A stretch of 64,000 nucleotides of DNA from Vicugna vicugna (Eukaryota), in the NCBI GenBank assembly GCA_013265495.1, contig MU058451.1, positions 1,588,167-1,652,166 of the forward strand. The letters run 5' to 3'. Both the position numbers and the translations under genes were made by a program. Below are positions 11,402 to 23,406 of this stretch, piece by piece (the stretch's first letter is position 1; each line of letters begins with the position of its first letter). Below the pieces are notes generated by a model that was not told the DNA's origin, searched no databases, and saw only the letters and a program-made list of their open reading frames with translations.

Positions 11402-12738
11402 TACTGTGGACACCTACGAAATGCTCTTTTCTACCGGGGATTCAGAGAAACTCATTGTGCTTTGGTGCTGAGAAACCTAAAGCAGATTCTTCCCTGTCTG
11501 CTTCCCAGATCAGCGGATATACACAGATTACCCAGACCAGCCCCGTTCCAGGGCCCTTGGCAACCGTGGTCTAGAGGGATTATTGGAACAGTTAATAAAA
11601 ATGCAAATCTGATAAGGTTATTTCAAATGTGAGCTATTAAAAAAGGCTAATTAAGTTGGCCCCCTAGACAAAGAAAACCTTGCTAAGAGTCAGTTGTGTC
11701 ATGGCAAATAGGATTTCAAATTTTAGAAAAAGAAAGGCATATAAATTTACTTGGTTTCTATTCAACTTTTTAAAACATTCTATAACTTAATCAGATGGCA
11801 GAATTAATCTTTATGTTATAAATTTTTATTTCTAACTATTTAACCTGAAGCAGCAGCCAAAATTTAAAATACATTTCCATGATATCTGCCAGGGAATGAG
11901 AGAGAATTGCAGGTCTCTTGTAGTAGTAATATTACTTTATGTGACTTGAAAGTACAATCGAAGCTACCTGCTGATTATAAAAAGCCTCTGTGGTGCAACT
12001 TCACCTGCTATTACTCTTAATTAACTTACACCCAGATCATTTTAGACTCAGTAAGTGTAGAAAAGAAGGCTCTTCTCTTCTTAAGCGCTTCAGTTACTTC
12101 CCTTAATAACTTTATTATACATGGAGCTATTTGAGCACAAGGATATTTTAAATTAATAAATTAAAACACTTTATTGATTTATCTTAAGTAGCTGAGACAA
12201 ATAATATCTGTAGTTCAAAGTCTGTCTTTAGTATACAGAGATATTCTTGCTTTATGGTTTCAGGGGTATATACTTATCCTAGACTGTGAAGAGAAAAACT
12301 TTTTAGGTTCCCAAGTCTTGAGCCTCTCAGTGAATTCTGGACAACCATAGCTCAAACAACTGCTGTGCACGTGTTGAGTAATCCCTGTCTGCTCATTTTG
12401 TGTTTGGTGTATCTATTTAGTTGCGTCTTCTGTTCCCCAGAATCAGTCTCTTATGACTGTGCAGAAAGGGCTGGAATTTATATGTAAAAATAAGGTTTTT
12501 ATTTCATCCAGTTCATGATAGGAACTGGGCAAGACTGAAAGTAAATAACACCAAATATAAAATGAGAACTTGTATTCCTTACAGTTGAACCCCAAACTAG
12601 CCTTTCAGATTTATATTTGGTATTACTATTCTGTTAATTCCTCCTATCAGAAACCTTGGCTCATCTCACATCTGAAATATATGCATTGTCCTTTAAAGAT
12701 ACGAAAGTTACAGGATATTGAATAAAAACTATACTTAC

Positions 12739-12760
12739 CTTTATTCATGGAAATTGACAT
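12739..12760 (-). CDS. TRPA1: Candidate coding end of an alternative upstream TRPA1 first exon (MSISMNK + 1 nt)
   Basis: AACAGG-ATG TCA ATT TCC ATG AAT AAA G|GTAAGT. A at -3 of the ATG, consensus phase-1 donor, frame-compatible with the acceptor at 833. No transcript evidence is available here. Confidence 0.45.
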
Positions 12761-12840
12761 CCTGTTTCTGATGTTACACAGGCATAAACATCCAAGTAGA
12801 GAGATGTCCCTTTTCTCACACAGTCAACAGATTGCACCCA

Positions 12841-12849
12841 CTTTTATAG
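12841..12849 (-). promoter_or_regulatory. Candidate TATA box of a distal promoter (predicted TSS ~12818)
   Basis: Minus strand CTATAAAAG, about 100 nt 5' of the consensus donor, in sequence with no repeat recognised. Confidence 0.45.
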
Positions 12850-13477
12850 TCCCATATAATTATACAAGGGGTGGTTCATTCTAGGAGTCAATATTATGCC
12901 TTTTTATTAGACTCCCTTATATAAATGATGAGCTAACACTAAGTTTTTATAATTTGAGCTTTGAAACTTGATTACTGGCTACTGAAAAGGAGTCACCTAA
13001 TTTAATTATTGCTGATAAGTTTATCTCACTTACTATGGCCTCTTATAATGTAATGTCACAAATCAAAATAGTTACAAGTGGTAGCCTTAGGGAAATTATC
13101 TAACTTCTACAGGAAGCTAATTATTACCCTTCTATTGAATGAAAGGCGTCACCAAGAGAAGTAAATAAAGGATTGCAGCATTGTCATTTATGTATTAAAA
13201 TTTGTTACATACCAGTAAATTGAAGAGAAGTCCAAGAGAAAATTATCCAAAATGAAATATGACAAATGCCTCATATCATAAATGTATATCTGGGTCTACC
13301 ATAGATATGATTTGAAGAAAAATAAATTTATAAAGAAAGTAATTAACCAAGATACTTTGTGAAAGCTGTGATGTTTTTTAAGTTAGGCTAGCTTTGGACA
13401 TCAAATATGACAGCTTGTTTGGAGATGCCCCATCTTATGTGTCCTCTGTTTTCTGTCCCAGTGCATTTTTATTCTCT

Positions 13478-14730
13478 CATTCAGTTACTAATTCAGAAAC
13501 ATTTATTGAGCAATAATTATACACTGGTATAGGTGATATATTAGGATCTTCCAAATTGCTGTGAGCTTAACGAGACAGAGAAGTAGACATTGGCACCAGA
13601 GTGTACAGAGTGTGTCAGCACAGGGTAACTGCGGGAATGAGAGTTGGTACCTTGATCACGCAAAGTCCAAAACAGGTATTCCTAAACAGCCAGAAACGTC
13701 TCTTAAAATCATGGTTCAAAGACCAGGGATGCTGCTACATAGTGACTTCGCCATCTTCATCTTGCACCTTCCCATGTTACCTTGTTTATTTGCATGAAGC
13801 CACGGAAGAGGAAAAACAAGAAGAAACTCTAGGTACATTGTTTTGAGCCAGGCCCATTTGTGGTCACATAACCATAATAACCACAAGGGAGGCTGAGAGA
13901 TGTAGTCCCTAAGAGGAAGAGGAAGCGTGTTTGTTGATGGTCCTTTTGGAGGTGCTGTGGGTGGGAGGTTGGTCAGGGAGGGCTCTCTGAAGGAAGCAAA
14001 GCTTTTCTTATTTGATGAGTAATAGTAAACCGGGAGAAAATTGCGGTGGTGAAGGAAGATGCACATGAGCAAGATCATGGTAGATAGAAGGAAGAGCATG
14101 TGCAAATCACGGAAGTGAGAGGATGGTGAAATTAAGGAATTGCAAGAACATGGGTTCTCACGAGGGGTTAGAAGGAAAGGAGAGCATGAAGGACCATAGA
14201 TGCTCTTGTAATGAGGTTGTCCACGTTGTAGGGTCTTAAACTCTATGTTTTTTTTCAGATCTCTCTAGCAACATTGTAGGGGATGAAACAAGCAGGCCAG
14301 AGTAGGGTCATGAAAATCAATAAGGATGGCACAGTCGTTGTAAAGCCAGAAAGGAGGAATCCCTGAACCACGGAGGGGCAATAAGGAGAGGGCTAGGATT
14401 TATCAGAACTCTGTGACACAGACACTACGGAAGTGGGAGGACAATTTGAGGGTGAGATGAGTGAAAGTAGAGTCTAGAATGACTTCAAGGTTTCTGATTT
14501 TCTGGGAAAGAGAGCAGGAGGAAAAAAGTAGGGTGTGTTCGGTGTGTTCAGAAAGGAGGGCGGAAAAAAAGCTTCTATCACTCAGAAGGTGATGAGATGA
14601 GAGAGCTTCAAGATGGTAGAAAAATTTAACTTTGCAGAAACTGCAAAACGATAAAGAAAGTGAGGACTAAAAAATATCCTTTTAATATGAAAACTAGAGT
14701 CTCACTGGTGACCTTGCTAAGAGCAGTATG
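13478..14730 (-). mobile_element. L2 LINE remnant with an embedded MLT1-like fragment (~13560-13920)
   Basis: L2 3' motif AAACATTTATTGAGCA and internal GAGGACT...CACTGGTGACCTTG...AGAGCAGT. Confidence 0.65.
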
Positions 14731-15453
14731 AGGATTTAAATCTATTGCTAATTAATAGGAAACATTTTTAATAACTTTGAAAATAATAAGACCACATTTT
14801 TATGGTAAATAATAGTATAGCTTACTCTAGTGTTTCAATAATTCAGCTACAGATAAGAGGCTTTGATGTTTAGCATAATGATACCGAACAAAGTTTAAAA
14901 TAAATCTGATTATGCTTTGAACATAAGAAAAAAAAATTATCTCTAGTTTAGAACTACTGGAGCTCCCACCCTAATATGTTTCCATATGGAAGATGTTGAC
15001 CTCTGCCTAAATTTGTTGAGAATTTGACGATGATAATGCATATGACTATTATTACTAAAATATCATGCTGACTGTTGCAATTGGCAATAATATTTTTTAA
15101 AGTTCAATATCAAAATGATAGCAAATCATGTTATAAGCAAGTGATGACTTGCGGAATTTATGACAACAAAATTTCAAGCTGTGCGGAAAAAAAAAGATTT
15201 TTTCAAACCCTTGTATTAAACGATAATGTTCTTTAGCTATTATTTAGTAATCAAAGGTAAAGATTTTAATAAGAGACATTTCATATGCAATACAGACTCT
15301 CCTAAGGGTACAGAATAGCTTGTAGAAAATTAGCAAAACTGGAATTGGTAGAATAAAAGATTGTGATTTTGCTAAGAAAATAACCTCTCAAAATTAAAAT
15401 GCAATACTGCATTATCTGGAATAAAATCTCAAAGAAATTAAGGTGATGCAAAA

Positions 15454-15631
15454 TAAACAACAGTATACTAATGTATAGCACAGGGAACTACATTCAATAC
15501 CTTGTAATAACCTATAACGAAAAAGAATATGTAAAAGAATATATAAATACATATATGCATAACTGAATCAGTATGCTATACACCAGAAACTAACACAACA
15601 TTGTAAATCAGCTATACTCCAATTTAAGAAA
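15454..15631 (+). mobile_element. 5'-truncated L1 3' end
   Basis: GTATAGCACAGGGAACTAC... with A-tail; degenerate TSD AGGTGATGCAAAA / AAGTGATGTAGAA. Confidence 0.85.
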
Positions 15632-16049
15632 AAGTGATGTAGAAATTCACCCGCTAAATATATTTGGTTATACAATCATTGATCCCCTTAAAAATGGAAA
15701 TGGTGTACATTTTCCACCATATATTCTATGGGGAACTCAAAAGCTTAAGTGGAGAATGATCTGCATTTATTTTAAACTTATGGTGAATTATTACAAAGGA
15801 AAAAACAAAAGGAAGTAACCTGTGTTTCACATTTGGTTGTTTTGATTTTGTTTCTCAGTGGACTCACCAGGGATGGAATAAATATGATAATTTCATATTA
15901 GAAAGTAAAGACCAATATAGAGAATACTATAAGAGTTGGTCCATGGCCCCAGTAGGAAATTAGCAAACTCATAGCCGAAATACCATGTCCCCATAGAAGA
16001 GTTCATAAGTGCTCTGCTAAACCAGTCTTTCCAGGCTAGGGGATCAAAA

Positions 16050-16265
16050 GGTCATGCAATGACGTGGAATTTGAGTAAGACCAAGGTTTGATTCCCAACA
16101 TGCCATCTGGCAATTTTGTAGCCTTGGGTCAGTCATTTAATTTCTCTGAACTTCTGATCTCTTATGCACTTAATGAAAATGGTAAAACCAGCCCCACTGG
16201 GGTTATGTTAGAAACAAATCAGACAGTGTATGAGAAAATGCTCATTAAACTATGAAGTACTGTAT
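16050..16265 (+). mobile_element. MIR SINE
   Basis: Core CCTTGGGTCAGTCATTTAATTTCTCTGAAC. Confidence 0.7.
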
Positions 16266-16611
16266 AGCACAGTCATCTGAGTTTTACAAGCAGCATTACA
16301 AAATGTTGATTTTTGATGCTGATGATCATTTCAGTAATAGGAGAAAGCATTAGGAGCAGAGTACAAGACAGAGCATTATGAACCTCTCAGGTGGAGAAAC
16401 ATTAAATCTTGGACTCTTCTGGACTCTTCTAAGATCAAAGGTGCTTTATTGTGGTTCTTGGGAATAAGATACACCATTGAGGAAATGACTATAGAGTAAG
16501 TTTTTTAATTGAGTCACTCTAATGAAAGGGAAATAATTCTTGTGCTTCCTTTTTATTCCAGAGTCACCAAGATACTTAGTGTAATTACTGGACAGTGTTC
16601 GCTGTATTGAT

Positions 16612-16795
16612 GGCTAACATTTATTACTGATCACAATGAGCCAGATTGCATACTTATTATCTCATTTAAGTGCTTTGCATTTATTATCCCATTGAATTCT
16701 CATGATGATTTATGAAAGTAGGTCCTTTATTTTTCCTGTTTTACAAATGAGGAAGCTGAGGCTTAGAGTGATAGAGTGACTTTCCCAAAGTCAAC
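16612..16795 (-). mobile_element. MIR SINE
   Basis: TTTTACAAATGAGGAAGCTGAGGCTTAGAG...TGACTTTCCCAAAGTCA. Confidence 0.8.
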
Positions 16796-17411
16796 TTATA
16801 TAACTCTTAAGGACTGTTAGGAATAGAGATTCCCTAACCTCTTTGGTTACCAGCTCTAACATTTAATAATCTCCATGCATCATCAAGTTGCCTCACCTAC
16901 TCCCGCCATTGCTCTACTCATGTCATTGTTTTCTTCATCTGTAAACATTGAGATTTGGTAGTCTGATTCATCCTGACTACGCTCAACAAATACTTCCAGA
17001 CAGATTGCCTGCCCAAGAGCAAATCCTTACAGATATAAATTTCCTGTGTTTGTATTGTGGCTAAAGAAAATGAAACAAGCGAAAATTAAGTTCTTGCTCA
17101 GTAAGGTATGAAATCGATACAAGTTAGGTTTAACATTGAACAAATTGTGTCTCACTCTCATCAGGAGATTCCATGCACAGACCGAAGGAAGATAACCAGT
17201 GAATCTCTAGTAAAGACCAAATTGAGAGTCAAGGTGAACATCATCACCTGCTTTCCTTAAACATCGCTTCACTTCTGTTGGAAACATCAAGATACATACC
17301 CCAGTTTTCTTTTACATCTAACAACATTTAAAATAAATTTCAACATACACATTGAAATAAAGTATTGAAATGAATGCACAGATAAACATTAATCTTCTAT
17401 TTTAAATGATA

Positions 17412-18250
17412 CATTCATTCAATTAACATTTGCTGAAGACCCTTTAGGCTTAGATGCTGGAGAAACAAGAAAGAAAGATGTGGTTTGTGGCCTGAAGACC
17501 ACCTTGAGGAAAACGCAGTTGGATGTGTTAACAGGAGTCAACAGATCATGGAGACGCCCTTTGAGGGAGAAGTAGCATCACAGATAAAGGCTTGGGAGCC
17601 TGAAAGTCTGATATAAGCTCTCCCCCTCGCCCCCCCCCTTTTTTTTTAGTTGAAGCACAGTCAGTTTACAATGTTGTGTCAATTTCTGGTGTACAGCATA
17701 ATAGTTCAGTCATGATATAAGCTTTTCAGTACCCTTGGAGCATGAAACTGAGAGGTGAGGGGCTGCATAGGTGAGTGGCAGTGAGATTGTTGAGATTGTT
17801 AAGGGCTTTCCCTCTCATTTTATAGGTTGTGTGAGACATCAAAAAGTTGGAGCAACATTCATTTTGCCTCTTAGAAAAATCAATCTGCTGGTGTGAGGAA
17901 TGGGTTGGAAGGCACAAGAACTAAACACAGAGGTACCAGTTGGGCAGGTCCTAAGAGGCCTGTGATGCTAAGAGCCTGATGGGGAGCAGTGAAAATGCAA
18001 ATGGCGAAGGCTGGTGAGTGGGAGAGTTTTATAGGAGGCAGAAACAGTAGGAACTGTAAAGAATTCGATGCGGGTAGGTTACTGTTTCTGGGTGAGGCGT
18101 GGTATCATTTATCTGAGGATCAGGAGAAAGATCTAAACTCGAGGTAGAGCTGAGACCATTGGAGTAAATGAGATCAACCCAAAAGAGTGAGTGGAGCCAA
18201 GGCTGCGAGTCAGACTGCTATCGCAAATGAGCGGGATTGGTGGAGAAAGA
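17412..18250 (-). mobile_element. L2 remnant
   Basis: CATTCATTCAATTAACATTTGCTGA tail and L2-like purine-rich body. Confidence 0.55.
17620..17712 (-). mobile_element. Very short L1 3' end inserted in the L2
   Basis: TTTACAATGTTGTGTCAATTTCTGGTGTACAGCAT; perfect TSD TGATATAAGCT at 17609-17619 and 17713-17723. Confidence 0.85.
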
Positions 18251-18319
18251 AAAAACACTGTGCAAATGAGTAAGCTAAATGAGACTGGCAAACTTAGAAG
18301 ACTACATCCTGTCTAAAAC

Positions 18320-18470
18320 CCTGCTCCTCACAATGTGGTCCGGGGACCTAAAGGCTTGTTAGAAGTGCAGCAGCATCTCAAGCCCAGCCGCAGGGCTGCT
18401 CTTCCCAAATATTCGTGTAAACAAGATTCCCGGTTGCTACGCAGGCACACTGAAGTTTAGGAAGCACAGA
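18320..18470. mobile_element. MER5-like hAT-Charlie MITE
   Basis: TGTGGTCC...GCTTGTTAGAAGTGCAG...AACAAGATTCCCGG...AAGTTTAGGAAGCACAG. Confidence 0.65.
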
Positions 18471-20115
18471 TTTCTGAAAGATGTAATTTTCGTTCTGCTC
18501 TAGATAATTGTATTGTGGGAATCTGGGTCTGGTATTATCAAGTCTTCTCATTTCTCTCGAGGCAAGTTCCCAATTTTAAGAGATAGTCGCTGTGTGGTCA
18601 GGATCCCAGAAGGAAGCACAATTACCCCAGATGATTCAAAAGTACAGCCTTCTAGCAAAGGCTAATTAGAACCAATAGAACAGATGAACAGTGTTGAGGC
18701 TTCCTGGGGTCAGCAACGATGCCATGGGTGGGAAGCTTTACAGCCTGCTGGGGCTGAAGGAAAAGGAGACGGAGGGCTGGAGGAGGGGCTGCTGGCAGGA
18801 ACAAGGCTATTGCCAGAGACACGGCACTGAAGGAGGGAGGAAGCAGGAGAGAACCACCATGACTTCTTCTCTTCAGTGTTCTGCTGGTATCTTCTGCCAC
18901 CCAAGCCATCCATTAGCAAGTTGCATGGAAGCCTATAAGAGTCACCTCCCAGGGCAACTGAGCAAGGCAAAGACAGGGGGAGAAAGGAGAAATACCATGC
19001 AAGCCAAACCAAAACTCTTTGGGTTATATCCAGAATAAAGGGAGAGGTGAGCCAAGAATAATGTCCTGGACCGCACCATGTGGGTGTGACACATTGCCTT
19101 TTAAAGTGGTGCCATTTGGAATTAGGAGAAAGAATGTTGTACAAAGGAATAGCTCACCCTAAGAAGTAGCCCCAGAAACCATCCAAGAATCTTCACTAAG
19201 TAGGAGCCGCCATCCTCTGTTTATCTCTTCCTATCTTCCTGTCGTTTCCCAGTCCTCTCTCACTTTTCCTTCAGCACCCTGCATTTCCAGATCTATGTCT
19301 TTTCTTTTGGGTGAGCTTCCTTTAATGAGGATTCCAGTCACATTCATGAGAATAACCTGATCCACTTCCATCCATTTGTTCAAACAGTAAAATTCTGCTC
19401 CCCTTAAAGACCACATACTCACAGACACTGGCCAATCTGGTCAGCCACAGGTACAGAGGCACCAAGGATGCACTGAACACCTCAGACTTTGGTGCACACT
19501 GTTTGAACAGCTAAGTTTCCTCCTTCCCAGATGTTAATCTTCCAGTATGATTAGTATACCAGGTGTTTATATTACCAAATGTTGCCTGATTATCTGTAAA
19601 GTTGCCTCATCACTATTTCACAGCATTGCTGCCTAGTCACAAGGGTGTCTAGCCATAGGAAAAATTTAAAACATCAGGAAAGCTATCTTAGCAAATGAAA
19701 TAAATATTTGGGGAGAAGATAAACTCAGATGTGTTTGTTCTGGAATAGCAACCACAGTAACATCTCTATCTTCATTTGTTGATTTTTTCCTTCTTTCAGT
19801 GGACTTTTATGCTATCTTTTGGAGTTCTTTGATGCATTTTTTACAGTGTTACTTTATTTTGATTTCCAGAAAATTATTAGCTGATCTGGTGTATAAAGAA
19901 ATGTCATCAGAAGTAAATACGCTTTTAATTATTTTTTATGATGGTGAGGAAATTGCATTAATCTGTTAGCACTCCTTTGAGGTGTTATTATAGGATTGAA
20001 AATGTTTGCTCCAATATTACCCTTATCTCAACTTACTCATTTATCTAGAGCAGATTTACTAAAGTGACATGACTTAATAAGCCTTCCATAAATGTGTGTG
20101 TGTATATATATGTAT

Positions 20116-20160
20116 TGTTATGTTATGTTATGTTATGTTATGTTATGTTATGTTATGTTA
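20116..20160. repeat. (TGTTA)9 pentanucleotide microsatellite
   Basis: Nine perfect copies read directly. Confidence 0.95.
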
Positions 20161-20429
20161 TTGTTACGTCCATGCACTAAAAGTGTTAAGAAATAAGTTG
20201 TTTTTCTTGCTTTTCGTGTTGACTTCTGCTGTCCTACACCTGTCTTGTAATATATGTTGAAGAATGAAAGGTTAAAAAACTCCTATGAGGACTTTTGTTC
20301 AAATGGCGCATGGCAAACAACCACAATGCAACCCAGGGTAGATGTCCCTTGCTTACCTGAATTCCATTCCATTAGCTTCTTTGATAATACTGAATTTTCT
20401 TTGATAAGTTCCTGGGACTAAACTATAAT

Positions 20430-20850
20430 AGGTCTACACTAAATGTAGTACTCCCATTCCACTTTGCCAGTGATTGGTTTGGATATGACCAACTAGAACT
20501 TCAGACATGAGGAGGTTGGCTGAGGCGGGTAGTGGGCTTCTGAAAATAATTTTACTCCTTGATTGAAGGAGAGTATCATATGAAAGTCCCTTTTCTTCCT
20601 GTCTACCTCCTTCCTTTAGCTTGGGACATTATCATATGAGGATTTAATGCCTGGTGCTGTGGCAGTTGTTTTGTGACATGAGGCAAACTGCATGAGAATG
20701 GAAGTTGGCATGCTAAGAATGGTGCTGAAGGATGAACGGAATCTGTGTCTGTGACGCTATCGTTGAGCTACTGAACCAACCTTGGAATTGTTTTACCCTG
20801 TACTTTTTGTTAATATAACAATAAAAGCTATCTTTTCCTTACAGTTGAAA
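20430..20850 (+). mobile_element. Old MaLR LTR (MLT1J/K-like)
   Basis: GCCAGTGATTGGTTT...CCTGGTGCTGTGGCAG...GTTGAGCTACTGAACCAACC. Confidence 0.65.
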
Positions 20851-20859
20851 ACAGTACTT

Positions 20860-21650
20860 CTCTTAAGGTACTGGAATCCAGTTTCAATGTTTGGCAGAAG
20901 TTTCCACACACCAATAAACAATTCTCCAACAATTCTTGTGGGACATTTCAGGGTGTCCCACAATTCAACTCAATTCTGACACTTTCTCCCTGGAGATAGC
21001 ATCAGATTCCATAGGTGACGGGCTCAGTCCCACCATACTGCCCCCATCCCTATGTCAGAGGCCAGTAGCAAGCTCAGGTTGTCACTTGTGCTTCTGAGCA
21101 ATGAGTTAGGGATTGGAAATCCCAGTGACCCCCTTCTTGGGCTTCAGATGCCAGTCACAAGTCCAGGTTGTTACCTGTACTTCCAATTGGCTGTAAATCA
21201 GAGGTTCTATTACCCCTTCCTTGTGTTTGATTAATTTGCTAGAGTGGCTCACAGAACTCAGAGAAACATTTTATTTGCTAGCTTACTGATTTATTATAAA
21301 AAGGATATAACTCAGGAACATCCAGATGAAGACATGCATAAGCCAAGGTTATGGGGAAAGGGCGTGGAGCTCCTGTGCCCGTTCTGAACTCTCCACAAAT
21401 CTCCGCATGCTCACCAATCTGGAAGCTCTCCAAACGCTCTCCTTTTAGTGTAGGCTACGTTACGTAAGAAAGATTGAATAAATCATTGGCCATTGGCATC
21501 TGAATTCAATCTTCAACTCCTCTCTTGCTTTCCAAAAGTCACGTTAACTAGAGATACCTTTATAGCTCTCACCACTTAGGAAATTCCAATGGTTTTAGAA
21601 GCCTTGTGCCAGAAAGGGACAAAAATCAAATACGTACATATATATATACT
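20860..21650. mobile_element. MER21-like LTR
   Basis: AATTCAACTCAATTCTGACAC...TAATTTGCTAGAGTGGCTCACAGAACTCAG. Confidence 0.8.
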
Positions 21651-21749
21651 TTCGAATACATAGCCTCTCCCAATTTCTCACTAATGACACAGGAAAAATA
21701 CTAGCAACTCATTCTAGAAATGAAACAAGAACACCAAAAGCCCTTATCA

Positions 21750-21835
21750 CAAACAACTATATATAGAATAGGTAAACAACAAGGTCCTACTGTATAGCAC
21801 AGGGAACTGTATTCAATAACCAATTAAAATAATAA
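21750..21835 (+). mobile_element. L1 3' end fragment
   Basis: AAACAACAAGGTCCTACTGTATAGCACAGGGAACTGTATTCAATA. Confidence 0.8.
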
Positions 21836-22733
21836 TATTAGCTGCAAAATTCTGGCTTTATTTTTTTATTGGGGGCAGGAGAACTCATTACCCATATTTT
21901 CAAGAATAAAATCAGTTAGCAGGAGTTTTTTCCATGCCCTGCTTATCTTTTGCTGAAGCCAGTTACAGTGAGGAAAGAATCAGTATTGGTAGCTTTGCCA
22001 AATTACTCCCCTGCTTTTGTCACCAGAAATGTTTATTCTTTGAAAAATTATCCAGGAAAGCACCATCATGTTTCAAGGGCTTAGGCCAACTTCCTCAGTG
22101 ATGACTCAGGTCTCCCAACATCAAGACATGTTGAGTAAATATAGGTCATGGTATTATAAATTCCTTTTGCCATCATAAAGGAGAGCATCATTGGTGTAAA
22201 CATCATGTGCTCAAGAAGCACCATAATTTCTTTATACAAATGCCCAAACCACAACAATAAATGTGGCCAGAGTGTTGTGATGTGTCACAGGAGTCCACAA
22301 AGCTAAATCTGCTGCAGAAAGCAACATTTCCATTTTCTGCCCTAATTATCTTATGAGCCTTTTTATAATTGTAAATTCAAATACTGATTTTTAAAAAGCA
22401 ATTTCATCTAATATATTTGCTCATATGCATCGTTCCAAAAATAGAATATTACAAAAAATGTTTAACAAAACTAGAAAACTCTATCATAGAGATCCTTAGG
22501 CAAGGGGGACATTGTAAGTAGAGTTTAAATGTGTGTATGTGTGTGTATCTAACATTCAGGAAGCATTGTCACTTACTCATTACACAAACCATTAGCAACT
22601 AATTGAACTTGCTTTATCTGTATGTTCATAGAGTTGCAGTAACAGACGAAAAAAATAAGTCAGGAACACAATACGGGAATCAGATCCCGTACTGAATGGA
22701 CTTCGTGAAAAGTGAACTTCTCTAGCTATTTAA

Positions 22734-22757
22734 AAACAAACAAACAAACAAACAAAA
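22734..22757. repeat. (AAAC)n short tandem repeat
   Basis: Direct reading. Confidence 0.85.
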
Positions 22758-22774
22758 AACTGTGTATATGCTCC

Positions 22775-23400
22775 ACTTGGAAACTTGAATGTTGACTACA
22801 TTTTTTATACAATCAAGAGATTATTGCCAATTTTTTAGTATGATAATGGTACTGTAGCTATGTTTTTAAGAGTTCTTATGACTTAGAGATACTAACTAAA
22901 ATATTTACAGATGGAATGAGTGGTATAATGTCTGGAATTTGCTTCAAGATAATATGGAGCCTGGGAAGTGAGAGTATATTTGAAGCAAAATTAGTCACAC
23001 GCTAATCATTGTAGCTGAGTATGATTACATGGGTACATGATGGTTCCTCATACTATTTTGTCTACTTTCTAAAAACTCTGTAAGGGACATCTTAGTTTTC
23101 ATGAATTGAACACACCTGTGTAACTGGCATCCAGAGGAAGAAACAAAATATCACCAGAACCTCACAAGACTTTAAATCTATCTGAATCTTCATATTTAAA
23201 GTATATTTTCTTGTAGAGAACATACAGTCGGGTCTTGTTTTGTCTGTTTTTAATCCACCCCAACAATCACTATCTTAACTGATATATTTAGATCATTTAC
23301 ATTTAAAATGGTTATTAATATAGTTGGATTGGTATCTATTATGTTTGTGAGTGTTTTTCTATTTATTACACTATTTATTGTTCTTTGTTTATTTTTTTTC
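22775..23400. mobile_element. Old L1 fragments (3'UTR on + at ~22775-23070; antisense ORF2-type piece at ~23100-23400)
   Basis: GATAATGGTACTGTAGCTATGTTTTT...GTCTGGAATTTGCTTCAA; TTTCTTGTAGAGAACATACAGTCGGGTCTTG. Confidence 0.6.
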
Positions 23401-23406
23401 CTTCCT

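Noticed and set aside
11976..12056. Plus-strand TATAAAAA followed by a CA|GTAAGT donor (possible antisense lncRNA first exon)
   Set aside because: No partner acceptor or ORF was identified. It also shows that TATA-plus-donor pairs can arise by chance, so the 12.7-kb candidate needs transcript data.
22672..22691. 7-bp inverted repeat TACGGGA / TCCCGTA
   Set aside because: Short enough to be expected by chance in 64 kb.
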